The notes below the pieces were generated by a model. That model did no database searches. It worked only from the letters and a program-made list of their open reading frames with translations, and was not told where the DNA came from. A DNA stretch of 64,000 bases from a virus: IMG/VR virus record IMGVR_UViG_3300009177_000720. The stretch is one strand, 5' to 3'. Position 1 is the first letter of the stretch. The number at the start of each line of letters is the position of its first letter. Positions 19,307 to 29,037 of this stretch are shown in pieces. The translations under genes were made by a program, and so were the position numbers.

Positions 19307-21535
19307 TTACCAAGAGGAAACAACTCTTGCTCGGGATACCATATTGATATCTTGTTCGACCAATATAGCATGCGAGAATTTATCTTTTAAACGATCGTTA
19401 TGAGTAATAATTAAGATTGTGAAGTCCTTCTGGAAAAACTTTACAATATCGGCAAAAGCGTCTACGCTTGCCTTATCTAGAGATTGATCAATTTCATCTA
19501 GTAGAAGAAACTTAATATCAGTTCCAATCATCTTCTGTAGCAAAAAGGATAGTCCTAACTTAAGGCTAAAAGCTACCGCTAGCTGCATGGCTCCCGATAA
19601 TTGTTTGTAATATCTTTCCTTACCATTGATATGGTAATTGATGTCCAAAGTATCTGCCTGGTCACCATCGCCTTTGGTTTTTTCAACTGAAAATGACAAC
19701 TGAAGCCCTGGCTTTAGTTGGGCTAATAAATTATTAGACTCGGCCTGAAGATCGTCCAGAACGTTTTGAATTATAAGATTAGGAATGCCGGTAGAGGAAA
19801 ACGCTTGAATAACAGAAGGGTAAACACTAATCTTAGATTCTAAGTCTAGTAAAGAGGTTTTAAGCTCTTCTTTCTTTTGTTTATCTTTAGTCTTTTGATC
19901 AATAGTGTGCTTAACAACTGCTTTGTTGCTATTATAGTGGCTAATTTCTTTGTTAAGCATAGCAATTTTACCCACTATAGTGGTAATTTTTGCCTTCTCT
20001 TCCTCAATCTGGGCCTTGATAGCCTTAGACTCTTCAAGCGAAGAGTTTTTAAGTTCTTCCTTTACCTGGTCCAATTCCTCAGACTTAATCTTAGCTTCAT
20101 TAGTGAATTTCTTTAGAAGCTCTGAATATTCTTCATGTAGGGCAGACTTATCCTGAATTTCTTTATTTTTAGCAGCAATTTTAGTATTAATAGACTCAAG
20201 CTGCTGCTTGGAGAGGTTCAAACTGTTGACAGTCTGTTGATGCTTAAGTATTTCGGCGTTAAGGTTTGCAATAGCCAACTTTGACTCTTGCATAGAGCCC
20301 TGGCAGTTCTTCATTTCTTCAGCGATATGTTCTTTGTGCTGGGCCCTATCCTTATCGGTCATAGGCTTACGACAATTCTTACATACACTACCACTAGGTA
20401 ATGGTATTTTTAGTTCCTCATATGCTTCCATCTTATTCTGGATGTTAACATTATTATGAGTAACCTTTTCCTTAAGGGCCGCTACTTGCTCAGAAATAAT
20501 TTCTATTTGAGAGAAATCTTTTTCAAACAGTTTAGTTTGTTCGACTTTAAGGGCCTTAATTTCGTCAATCAATTCCCGAGCAGACTTTGCTATGTTAGCT
20601 TTTTTGGATTGATACTCTTTAACTGAAGTCTCTAGTTTGGACTTCTCGGCAGAGATAGCTGTTTCTTTTAGGAGAAGGTTAGCGAACTTACTTTCGATAG
20701 CGGTGTGAGTATTCGTTAGTTCAGTAACTTTTTCTGAATAAATAGCCTGTTCAGCAGTGGCCTCTGATAATAGTTTATTCTTTTCAGCAAGGGTAGCTTC
20801 AGCCACCGCCAACTGTGATTCTAAATCAATTAGCTCGTTGTGTGGATCGCCTATATTTTCGAGCAGGACTTTCTTTTTCTCAATTTCTTTGGCAAGAGCG
20901 CTAGATTTATCTTTGGCTAGTTTTTCTAACTTAGTATAGACCAATAAATTCAAGGCTTCTTTAAGAATGCCTTTGCGCTTCTCGGGCGTGACGGTTGGCA
21001 GTCCAGCCATATCATTCTGCGGAAAGAGGGCGGTACTTACAAAAGACTTATGATTTATCTTGATAAGTTTTGCTAAATCCTTTTCGGTATCACCTGCGCG
21101 ACTACCCGACAAGTCTTTCCAATATTTTTCTACCTTCTTTTTCCCAAGAAGGGGAATTTCATGACCAGAAACAATAGTATGGTAAACTTCTTCAGTTGAG
21201 CCATCCTGGCCATTACGCTGAAGTAGGGTTAGGTCGGTACTTCCCTTTTTGGTACGCTTTCGAGAAAGACGGTACTCCTGATCGCCAATCAGGAAATCCA
21301 TAACTACTTGACATGCATCCGTATCATCCCTAATAAGGCGCTCAAGCGGGACATCAGCCTCATTAAAAAGAACATATTCAATAGCTCCAAAGATAGTGCT
21401 TTTGCCAACACCATTGGAATACATATCATTGTTTTCTTTTTGACCTACAATAAGGGCCGCACTGAACTCCGTAAAATCTATAAATCCATGCTCATAGCAT
21501 GCGAAATTTTCAATGTAGAGTCTAAGTGGTTTCAT
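19307..21535 (-). CDS. sbcC: SbcC/Rad50 (gp46-like) ATPase
   Basis: NGVGKST, coiled coil with CKNC hook, LSGA, LLLDE, IITH. Confidence 0.92.
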   Translation of the reverse strand: MKPLRLYIENFACYEHGFIDFTEFSAALIVGQKENNDMYSNGVGKSTIFGAIEYVLFNEADVPLERLIRDDTDACQVVMDFLIGDQEYRLSRKRTKKGSTDLTLLQRNGQDGSTEEVYHTIVSGHEIPLLGKKKVEKYWKDLSGSRAGDTEKDLAKLIKINHKSFVSTALFPQNDMAGLPTVTPEKRKGILKEALNLLVYTKLEKLAKDKSSALAKEIEKKKVLLENIGDPHNELIDLESQLAVAEATLAEKNKLLSEATAEQAIYSEKVTELTNTHTAIESKFANLLLKETAISAEKSKLETSVKEYQSKKANIAKSARELIDEIKALKVEQTKLFEKDFSQIEIISEQVAALKEKVTHNNVNIQNKMEAYEELKIPLPSGSVCKNCRKPMTDKDRAQHKEHIAEEMKNCQGSMQESKLAIANLNAEILKHQQTVNSLNLSKQQLESINTKIAAKNKEIQDKSALHEEYSELLKKFTNEAKIKSEELDQVKEELKNSSLEESKAIKAQIEEEKAKITTIVGKIAMLNKEISHYNSNKAVVKHTIDQKTKDKQKKEELKTSLLDLESKISVYPSVIQAFSSTGIPNLIIQNVLDDLQAESNNLLAQLKPGLQLSFSVEKTKGDGDQADTLDINYHINGKERYYKQLSGAMQLAVAFSLKLGLSFLLQKMIGTDIKFLLLDEIDQSLDKASVDAFADIVKFFQKDFTILIITHNDRLKDKFSHAILVEQDINMVSRARVVSSW

Positions 21536-22746
21536 TCTTTACCCTCAGCTTTGTAGGAGCTATAGATTTCCATTGCTAATTCTGTAAATGCATCCCGCAT
21601 AGTTGCATCCACGTACGTCTGTGCGTACGTTTTGATGGCGGAAGTGACATCCATCTTAGTGTCAATGGTGTTATTATTATCTCTCTTGACCAAAGCAATT
21701 TTCTTCGACTCGGAAATACCGGTCACATAGAATACGCCTTGAGAGGTCAAATAACTCTCTATAGATGATTTATTAATTGATTTAAGCTCTGGAGCAGAAA
21801 GGGATACCTCAACTCTAACAATAGACTTATCCCAAGCGTCTATTTTCTTAAGCTCTTCTAAAACATAGTTGGTACTATCTTCAGTGTCCTTTGGAACAAC
21901 GATATTTACCTTCTTAAGGTTTCTAGTAGGGAGGTGTTTAGTTGACCATATTTCAGAAGTTTCCGGATCAATCTCTTGGTGCAGACTAATATCTACGATA
22001 AACTTTTTGTGATCGGTTTCTCCGAAATTTGAAATGTCCATGCTGCCGATATGGGCAATATATGGATTTTTCTTTTTCATCACTTGGGGCTTATGAACGT
22101 GGCCCATCCAAACGTAATCGTACCCATTAAACATATCCAATGGGCAAAATAATTCGTTGGCTAGATCGTCGATTTCATCGCCAATAGGGATGGAGCCATC
22201 AATGGCCAAATGTCCAATCAAAATTTTCTTGTAAGTAATCGGAATGCCCGCTAACTCGTAGATAAGACTATCTCGTATTATCTTAACAGCTTCATCATTC
22301 GAACTTACGCCAAAGGACTTCCTATCTCGGAATGGGACCAAGGTAAAAGCACACGTACCCAACAGGATAGTGTTGATATCCTTGTACACGCTTACATTGT
22401 CTAAATCTACTTCGGCAATAATATCAAGTGGAGAAACAAAGACATTTCCACTGCGCAGCAAATCGTGATTTCCAACAATAATGTGGACGTGTACGCCGTA
22501 CACTTGACATTTCTTGAGCCAAGAGATAAATAGAGCAATCAATGATGGATGTGGTTTCGGATCCTCGAACACATCACCAGTTATGATGATGTGGTCAGCG
22601 TGGCACTCTGAAGCCTGATCCAGCGTCCAATCCAACAGGTTTATTTGGTCTGCGACCCTACTATTTAGGTTTGAGCCTACACCAGCTTTACCGATGTTGA
22701 TTCCTTTACCTAAATGCACGTCGCCAAGAATTATGGCGTGGGACAT
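21532..22746 (-). CDS. sbcD: SbcD/Mre11 (gp47-like) nuclease
   Basis: GDVHLG, GDVFE, GNHD, MGHVH. Confidence 0.92.
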   Translation of the reverse strand: MSHAIILGDVHLGKGINIGKAGVGSNLNSRVADQINLLDWTLDQASECHADHIIITGDVFEDPKPHPSLIALFISWLKKCQVYGVHVHIIVGNHDLLRSGNVFVSPLDIIAEVDLDNVSVYKDINTILLGTCAFTLVPFRDRKSFGVSSNDEAVKIIRDSLIYELAGIPITYKKILIGHLAIDGSIPIGDEIDDLANELFCPLDMFNGYDYVWMGHVHKPQVMKKKNPYIAHIGSMDISNFGETDHKKFIVDISLHQEIDPETSEIWSTKHLPTRNLKKVNIVVPKDTEDSTNYVLEELKKIDAWDKSIVRVEVSLSAPELKSINKSSIESYLTSQGVFYVTGISESKKIALVKRDNNNTIDTKMDVTSAIKTYAQTYVDATMRDAFTELAMEIYSSYKAEGKE

Positions 22747-23357
22747 TTATATGATTTAATCTCTTCTTTCAGATATTCAACCAGGCGCCGTAACGCCTCG
22801 TTGTCTAGCTTATGTTTGAGGTTCTCGGTATCATATACCGAGCATACGTCATCAATGTGCGCTATCGCTTTTTCATCAAAATACGATCGGCGGAACTCCC
22901 TGACAGTATTGGAGAAGTCCATCATGATTTCTAATCTTTCGGAAAAATTCTCCCTATCAAGTATCTTATCTTCGTCTACATCGTCTCCGAACCACTCCAA
23001 TATCTTAAAGGCCGCTTTAGCTTTGGAAGTGTTATCCATTGCTGCTACAAGATCAGTACAGCCTACACCGGTTTTGCATCCGAAACACCAGAAAGTATTA
23101 GTGTGAGGGTAATAGTAAAAAGAGGGCGAGTTTTCACGACCTCCCTTATGAGATGGAATTGGACAAATAATCTTACGATTGCCTTCATCTAAACGAAGGC
23201 CGTAATGTTTGAATACTCGAATAATAGGAACCGTATTGGCTTTTTGAATTAGGTCTTGGTAAAAAGCTTTTCCTGGAGAAGTCGCTGAAGTATTTCCAGT
23301 CTCCCCTGGTGTCTCGCCATAGCCATCGAATCCGGTTGAATTTGATACATCGCGCAT
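22731..23357 (-). CDS. Stand-alone CHC2 zinc-finger (primase Zn-binding domain) protein
   Basis: CPIPSH...ENSPSF...FWCFGC. Confidence 0.82.
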   Translation of the reverse strand: MRDVSNSTGFDGYGETPGETGNTSATSPGKAFYQDLIQKANTVPIIRVFKHYGLRLDEGNRKIICPIPSHKGGRENSPSFYYYPHTNTFWCFGCKTGVGCTDLVAAMDNTSKAKAAFKILEWFGDDVDEDKILDRENFSERLEIMMDFSNTVREFRRSYFDEKAIAHIDDVCSVYDTENLKHKLDNEALRRLVEYLKEEIKSYKCPTP

Positions 23358-23428
23358 GATTGTGAATACCTACTAAAGTTATCCTTTTCCTCAGAAATTA
23401 GAGATAGTAGAATTTCTTTAGTTATCAT
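23249..23428 (-). CDS. Small hypothetical protein overlapping the CHC2 gene 5' end
   Basis: 59-aa ORF starting 7 nt after the upstream stop. Confidence 0.4.
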   Translation of the reverse strand: MITKEILLSLISEEKDNFSRYSQSCAMYQIQPDSMAMARHQGRLEILQRLLQEKLFTKT

Positions 23429-23435
23429 GGCAAAC

Positions 23436-23936
23436 TTATTCACTCTTCTTCTTAGAGTCAAGCGCTTTAGAAATTAGATCATTTAAAACGGCCGGGTCAC
23501 ATTTCTTTTCTAATTGAGTGACCATAAACTCTAATTTATTTATTTTATCTCTTTGAGCGAAACAAGTCTTCATTAACAAAGTAATCCAGCTAAGAGAACC
23601 CATGCCCTCTTTTTCATTTGGGTCATTATTGATATCAATTGCTAACTGAATCATCTGTCCTAATAGATCACGTTCCATTTCTTGTTGGAACATGTTTCTG
23701 TTTTGTGGAAGAGTTTTATCAGCTACCGCTTTGTTAAATTGAGAAGCTAAGTCAGCCGCTCTAGATTTATAGTGAGAGGCTTTCTCTTGAACTTTTTTTA
23801 CCTTGTGATCAAACTCTTCCTGAGTTGGCTTCTTAGGCATAGAGTCAAAAATTGACTTTTGAGAACTAACGTTCTTAAGACCAACTTTCTTAGAATGGCT
23901 AGAAGCCTGATCATTATCTTCTTCATCAAAAGGCAT
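23436..23936 (-). CDS. Hypothetical protein
   Basis: ORF with GAGG SD. Confidence 0.65.
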   Translation of the reverse strand: MPFDEEDNDQASSHSKKVGLKNVSSQKSIFDSMPKKPTQEEFDHKVKKVQEKASHYKSRAADLASQFNKAVADKTLPQNRNMFQQEMERDLLGQMIQLAIDINNDPNEKEGMGSLSWITLLMKTCFAQRDKINKLEFMVTQLEKKCDPAVLNDLISKALDSKKKSE

Positions 23937-23945
23937 AAGTCCTCA

Positions 23946-24290
23946 TTATCTTCTGGTTAGTGGTACAACGGCTCGACCTACAATTACGTATTTGTCGGCC
24001 AGTTCAACCGTGTATTTCTTTCCAATAGCAGCTTCCAAAGATGGAAGAACGGCAGTTGAATTGGTGATTAAATATAGTTTACTTGGCTCGACCACAATTG
24101 GGTGGGCATGCATGTTAACTTGTTGGTCCGGAAGGGCGAACATTTCAATGCTCTTGTCCTTAATTTCGTTCCAAATGTCACCGGCGACTGTGCCTTGCAT
24201 TTCTTGGGCAGCTTCAGCGTCACGGTCCTGTTGAGATAGGGCGGCTCTTTGTGCTAAAGTTTCGTTCGATTTATCAACCTTCTTACTCAT
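23946..24290 (-). CDS. Hypothetical protein
   Basis: ORF with GGAG SD. Confidence 0.65.
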   Translation of the reverse strand: MSKKVDKSNETLAQRAALSQQDRDAEAAQEMQGTVAGDIWNEIKDKSIEMFALPDQQVNMHAHPIVVEPSKLYLITNSTAVLPSLEAAIGKKYTVELADKYVIVGRAVVPLTRR

Positions 24291-24308
24291 GAAATTCTCC
24301 AGATTTAT

Positions 24309-24623
24309 TTAGGATTCAGTTCTACATATATCAGCAAATGCGCTCCTAAAGGCGCTAGTCAAAACTATACCATTAATCCTTTTAACTTCATAACCATCTT
24401 CTAATATAATAACTGTTGGAATAGATTCTATATTGAATCTCTTACATAGACCTCTAAAATGGTCTGTGTCAATGGCGAAGAAATTAATATCTTTATACTT
24501 ATCTTCCATTTTGGAAATCATAGAAAGCATTTTCTTATGATATGGCATCCAGGCACTGTAAAAATAAAACGATTGCCTTTTACCCTTAAAAGATAAATCT
24601 TCTTCTTGAGTTAAGAACTTCAT
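24309..24623 (-). CDS. Thioredoxin-fold protein lacking CxxC
   Basis: FYSAWMPYHKKM in place of WCxxC; FNIESIPT cis-Pro loop; EVKRING. Confidence 0.75.
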   Translation of the reverse strand: MKFLTQEEDLSFKGKRQSFYFYSAWMPYHKKMLSMISKMEDKYKDINFFAIDTDHFRGLCKRFNIESIPTVIILEDGYEVKRINGIVLTSAFRSAFADICRTES

Positions 24624-24868
24624 TAATTTCCATTGGGTTTGTTAGCTAAATTCAAAGAATTAATTAATTCATCCAGATCGCCCGGAACACTAGCCCTTGC
24701 TAATAAGGATTTAGCAATCTGTTTGGCAAGAACATCCATCTCACTGGAAAGCTCTTCTTTCGTTACAATTCCCTTGGCAATGAGAACATTTTCTAAGGAT
24801 TTAAGACGCAGAAGGGCATCTGCTAGTAACATCTGGTCTTGTAGATCATCGGAAGCTTTTTTACTCAT
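24623..24868 (-). CDS. Hypothetical protein
   Basis: Start at MSKKASDD avoids overlap with def. Confidence 0.6.
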   Translation of the reverse strand: MSKKASDDLQDQMLLADALLRLKSLENVLIAKGIVTKEELSSEMDVLAKQIAKSLLARASVPGDLDELINSLNLANKPNGN

Positions 24869-24875
24869 AAACACC

Positions 24876-25415
24876 TTATTTCGAACAGCATTTCTTATAT
24901 TTCTTTCCAGAGCCACAGATACATGGGTCGTTAGGTCCAACCTTTTTCTTATTGACTACTGGAACGGGCTTTGGAGCCATTCGGTCCATAAACAACGTAG
25001 AATTTAGGTGGTCTAGCTCGTGTTGACAGACAACCGCAATCAATCCTGTTGCCACAAAACGATGTGGAGCTACAAGATTATTGGTGATGTATACCTCTTG
25101 AAAACGAATGGTATTTTCGACACGTCCCGGAAAAGACAAACACCCCTCCTCTTTGAAAAGAGTGGGGTCAAAGCCTTGCTCAACTTTACAATTTACTAGG
25201 TTTAAAGATAGATCACTGCCCTTGCCCAATCGGATAATTGCGATATTTTTCGCGATGCCAATCTGTGGTGCAGCTAACCCAATGCCACCCTTCCCTAGAC
25301 GGTTAGCATAACTTAACTCAGCCTCTAACTTATCTATAAGAGCGCCAACTTCTTCAGGTAAAACGTCTTCACATTTTACGCGCAGAGCCTCTTCATTATT
25401 TGTAATAATCATCAC
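24876..25415 (-). CDS. def: Peptide deformylase with a C-terminal SEC-C zinc motif
   Basis: [24 protein letters not shown]; [18 protein letters not shown]. Confidence 0.93.
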   Translation of the reverse strand: MMIITNNEEALRVKCEDVLPEEVGALIDKLEAELSYANRLGKGGIGLAAPQIGIAKNIAIIRLGKGSDLSLNLVNCKVEQGFDPTLFKEEGCLSFPGRVENTIRFQEVYITNNLVAPHRFVATGLIAVVCQHELDHLNSTLFMDRMAPKPVPVVNKKKVGPNDPCICGSGKKYKKCCSK

Positions 25416-25427
25416 TTACCTATATAA

Positions 25428-25631
25428 CTACTTACGCCCGCAGTTGCAGCCTCTTTTCCCGGCACGTTCGGCAGGGAAAACTATCTTTTTAAGACAAACC
25501 GAGCACTGTTTATTAACGGCCGAGCAGTCATCACATAAAACAGAAATATTAGTTAATACGACGCCTTGACAACGAATACAAGATTTGTTAGTCTGCAAGT
25601 AAGCTAGTCTAGTACAGTTTGGACATAACAT
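25428..25631 (-). CDS. Small Cys-rich protein
   Basis: Multiple CxxC motifs; TAG stop. Confidence 0.55.
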   Translation of the reverse strand: MLCPNCTRLAYLQTNKSCIRCQGVVLTNISVLCDDCSAVNKQCSVCLKKIVFPAERAGKRGCNCGRK

Positions 25632-25667
25632 ACTTATATTCTAGCATAGTAATACAGAGAGGCGACT

Positions 25668-25826
25668 ATGGACGCATTTTACCCTTTTATGCACGAACCC
25701 GAGCAGAAAAAGAAAGAAGAGATGGAACCATTACCTCTGTATATCGAGATGGAACCGCCACCACCAAAGGTGCCCGCTCAAGAAAAAGAAGACGAAAAAA
25801 GAGTAATAATCATAGAGATACTATGA
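25668..25826 (+). CDS. Small hypothetical protein (52 aa, MDAFYPFMHEPEQK...RVIIIEIL)
   Basis: GAGAGG SD; fills the gap; below ORF-track cutoff. Confidence 0.55.
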   Translation: MDAFYPFMHEPEQKKKEEMEPLPLYIEMEPPPPKVPAQEKEDEKRVIIIEIL

Positions 25827-26078
25827 TTACTCCTTGTCCTTCCTAGAATCAAGAATAGTCTTTACCTCACCAAATAGAGACTTGGCCTCGGCAAACTTCA
25901 AATAAGAATTGACGATCTCACGGACTTCACGATAGTCTTCGGCTGGATCTGAGCTATCAAGGCATGCCTGGCAAACCTTAAAGCTAGTCGTATTGATAGA
26001 AGATAGAGCTACGCTCTCCAACTCTCCTGGATCAAATTCCTCAGCACATACTATGCAATTACAGCTTACCTTGGTCAT
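25827..26078 (-). CDS. Small zinc-binding hypothetical protein
   Basis: CIVC...CQAC; start at MTKVSC. Confidence 0.55.
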   Translation of the reverse strand: MTKVSCNCIVCAEEFDPGELESVALSSINTTSFKVCQACLDSSDPAEDYREVREIVNSYLKFAEAKSLFGEVKTILDSRKDKE

Positions 26079-26230
26079 GGTCAGTCCTATATATCGAGTG
26101 AGACTATATAGTATTCTGTAATATTGCATGGTTGGGAGGAGGAAATTATTTGATAATTTACCACTCCCAACTGTACAATTTTTGTCTGAATTGTTGATTT
26201 TGTCAACAATTCTCTATAGTTCTACCGTAA

Positions 26231-26743
26231 TTAGGTGTTTCCCAAGAAATCATCCCAGTCACCATGCCAATGTTCCTGAGGATCAGCGACATAATTATGA
26301 GAAGAAAATGATGGGTGGGTTGGTCTTTTAAGAAGAACCATTCCAGCCTGTTCTGGCGTTCTGTCTGCCTTTTTATTGTTGCAAATCTGGCAAGAAACTA
26401 CACAGTTAGTAAAGGACGTAACACCGCCTTGCGCTCTTGGTAGAACGTGGTCCATAGTGATTTGTCCTGCCGTTAGCTTCTTGTTACAGTATTGGCAAGT
26501 GCTTTTATCTCTTTTAACTAAAGCTTTACGGCTAAAGTTTGAGTTGAAGTAATTTCGTCTAACGTGATTCTTCAACCTTAAGATAGAAGGATGCTTAACC
26601 TTTCCAGATCCCCAAACGATATAGTCTTCCCAAGCTGAGATTACCTCAACCTTGTCTTTGAACAAGAGCTTGAAGACTTTTCTTTCGGGAATGAAAGAAA
26701 GCACTTCGTAACTGGCATTTAATAAAAGGGTTTTCTTAGACAT
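26231..26743 (-). CDS. HNH endonuclease
   Basis: RDKSTCQYC, TMDHVLPRAQGG, NCVVSCQICNNKK. Confidence 0.9.
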   Translation of the reverse strand: MSKKTLLLNASYEVLSFIPERKVFKLLFKDKVEVISAWEDYIVWGSGKVKHPSILRLKNHVRRNYFNSNFSRKALVKRDKSTCQYCNKKLTAGQITMDHVLPRAQGGVTSFTNCVVSCQICNNKKADRTPEQAGMVLLKRPTHPSFSSHNYVADPQEHWHGDWDDFLGNT

Positions 26744-26749
26744 AGTAGT

Positions 26750-26778
26750 AGCGTAATCCTTGAAAATTAAAAGGTCAA
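26750..26778 (-). promoter_or_regulatory. Sigma70-like promoter, probably giving a leaderless HNH mRNA
   Basis: TTGACC-N17-TACGCT with ATG 6 nt downstream. Confidence 0.5.
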
Positions 26779-26792
26779 GGCCGCTTGCAATT

Positions 26793-27488
26793 CTATAATT
26801 TAGCTAGCGAAACCCTGATGTCCTCATCGTTACAGATTTCATTCCCCAAGCAAACCCAGCCGGGGCGATGTCTGCGGGCGAACAGTTCCAATCTGTTTCC
26901 TGCTGGAAACATAATATCCAATGAATCTTGCAAATCTTCTGGCTTGGCAGAGTGTCGAAGGTTCGGAGCAAAACTCACGGAACGCTGGGATTTGTTCTTT
27001 AATGACTTATATATCTTACTATTACTTACGCCTATTAAACAAATTTCGTGGGTTTGTCTAAACAATCTACCCATCCCAAAAGCTAACATCGTAGAATATT
27101 TAAACTGCCCAACTGCCGCAATAAATCTCTTAATAGCTTCAAAACGCTGCAAATTTTTTATGTCTTTAGTTAATTGCTTAGTAAAATACTTAAGCAATTC
27201 GGTTAGAGGCTGCTTCTTAGTTTTAACCCAAACATAAGTCTGTTTATGAGCAAAGCCCCAGCTCTTCATGGTATCCAAGCCTTCTTGAAGAAGGGATGAC
27301 GGTACCCAGAGAGCTAAAATGGTTCCGTTCCGAGTATCAATAAAGGGCTGCATGGGTAGCTCACGAATGTCTTTAATTGACATCACGCTGTAGTTGGCCT
27401 CCGCCCCACGCTTGACTTCGGACATTTTTAATGAATCTTTAAATGGCCAAGGAGGGTCAGCCACTATGACGCGAAATTTCTTACTCAT
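26793..27488 (-). CDS. MT-A70 family N6-adenine methyltransferase
   Basis: VIVADPPW, LALW, THEICLIG, HSAKP, LELFAR. Confidence 0.88.
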   Translation of the reverse strand: MSKKFRVIVADPPWPFKDSLKMSEVKRGAEANYSVMSIKDIRELPMQPFIDTRNGTILALWVPSSLLQEGLDTMKSWGFAHKQTYVWVKTKKQPLTELLKYFTKQLTKDIKNLQRFEAIKRFIAAVGQFKYSTMLAFGMGRLFRQTHEICLIGVSNSKIYKSLKNKSQRSVSFAPNLRHSAKPEDLQDSLDIMFPAGNRLELFARRHRPGWVCLGNEICNDEDIRVSLAKL

Positions 27489-27502
27489 ATGAATCTCTGA
27501 TG

Positions 27503-28324
27503 TTAGGACTTAATGATAACCGTTTGTAATTCAAGTGGGGATTGACTTCCATCAACTTGAATATCTTGGGTAGCCTCAAGTCTTTCTTTAGTGGTTGCTT
27601 CTAATTTTCTAATGATAATACGATAACTACCAATTCCTAAAGAAGCCATCCACTTACCAGTTCCATTGGTTCTGGTTTTTGCAATTTGTTGCATAGTAGA
27701 TAAATCAATAATTTCGACATCGGCCAAAAATAAAGACTTACCCTGGCTATTTACTACTCTCTGCATGACCGGCACCACATTCTGGCCCGGATTATTCTGC
27801 TTAGCTTGTCTTGAAGACACTTCCGCCTTAGGAGCGGGAGGAACCACAACCTCGGCTGTTACGGATGACGTGCGGCCTGGAGGTGGGTCATTGGGGTTTC
27901 TGCCAACTGGAGCTTTTGGAATCTGAGTAGGATACTTTGGAGTAACCATAGGTGAAGACTTTTGTAGGTAGACATCATCTCCTGCAAATGTTTCGGGACG
28001 AGAAGTTCTTCTAAACCCCTTGGGCTCAGTCTCTAATGGTAGGGTAGCTTCCGGAGATACTGGAATTTGTCTCTCTGAGTCTAAATCAAATCCTTGTTGG
28101 AACGGCGAAACGGTCATAGCCGGGGCACGAGTAGTGTTAACGGCTTCCACCATAATCTTCTGGGGAACGGTTGCCTGTTTTTCCAAAGTCTGTAATACTG
28201 AATTTAATTTATTAGACAGAATTTTAATATTCAAATCCTGGGCACGGATAATACTTAAAGCAACATCCAGCTTTTGCTCAAGTTCTAATAATATATCTGT
28301 TGCTTTTCGTGGTTCGGAAGTCAA
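27503..28324 (-). CDS. Hypothetical protein with C-terminal beta-sandwich
   Basis: ORF; TRTNGTGKW...LGIGSYRI. Confidence 0.6.
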   Translation of the reverse strand: MTSEPRKATDILLELEQKLDVALSIIRAQDLNIKILSNKLNSVLQTLEKQATVPQKIMVEAVNTTRAPAMTVSPFQQGFDLDSERQIPVSPEATLPLETEPKGFRRTSRPETFAGDDVYLQKSSPMVTPKYPTQIPKAPVGRNPNDPPPGRTSSVTAEVVVPPAPKAEVSSRQAKQNNPGQNVVPVMQRVVNSQGKSLFLADVEIIDLSTMQQIAKTRTNGTGKWMASLGIGSYRIIIRKLEATTKERLEATQDIQVDGSQSPLELQTVIIKS

Positions 28325-28333
28325 GGTTGCTCC

Positions 28334-29026
28334 TTATTCTAAGAATACTCCAACTTTAATCTTTATTCTTTTAATAACTATTATATCATCAACAGAAGCA
28401 GGATTACCTTGAGAATATTCATGTTCTCCAAATACCAACAGCCTTGTTTGTTCTTGAATTAGATCCAACGGACCAGAACAAATTACTTCACCAGATAATA
28501 TTAGAAGATATTCTTCTTCCTCTAAATTAGAGATTATAGCAGATAATTCACTATCTGGAACGTGTTGTCTTATATCTTCTTCGGTCACAAAGACATTGTT
28601 TTGGAGCGGGCGAGCCATAACAGGTTCTTCAGGCAACCCGAGGGCGGTTGCACTAACGAACTCGTTATTATCAACCATAGTATGATTGCTGTCTACTTCA
28701 GAAAGATCATCGATAATCTCTCCATCCACACCAGACCAAGTTTGTTCTATATTGTTGCCTACATTAGGAAGTGGCCCTCGCCCTCTTCCAATAGGTGACT
28801 GCACAGCCTCAGCATAAGGTTGACGAATAGCGGGACGTGGGTTCCTCGGATTGTCCTGAGACGGAGGAGCCTGGTTCACTGAACCCTGATAATCAGGGGC
28901 CAAGGGGCTTTTGTATTCCCCAGGTTCGACACCCATAAGCTGATATTGTGGAACATATGGTTTATGTGCATCCGGCTGATTTCTAGCCGGATTTTTGTAA
29001 ACTTTTATTTTATCTTTGGTTGACAT
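28334..29026 (-). CDS. Hypothetical protein
   Basis: ORF. Confidence 0.6.
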   Translation of the reverse strand: MSTKDKIKVYKNPARNQPDAHKPYVPQYQLMGVEPGEYKSPLAPDYQGSVNQAPPSQDNPRNPRPAIRQPYAEAVQSPIGRGRGPLPNVGNNIEQTWSGVDGEIIDDLSEVDSNHTMVDNNEFVSATALGLPEEPVMARPLQNNVFVTEEDIRQHVPDSELSAIISNLEEEEYLLILSGEVICSGPLDLIQEQTRLLVFGEHEYSQGNPASVDDIIVIKRIKIKVGVFLE

Positions 29027-29037
29027 ATCAATTCCAG

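Noticed and set aside
23249-23357. Programmed -1 frameshift joining the 59-aa ORF to the CHC2 protein
   Set aside because: The frames overlap, but no canonical X XXY YYZ slippery site was found in the right frame.
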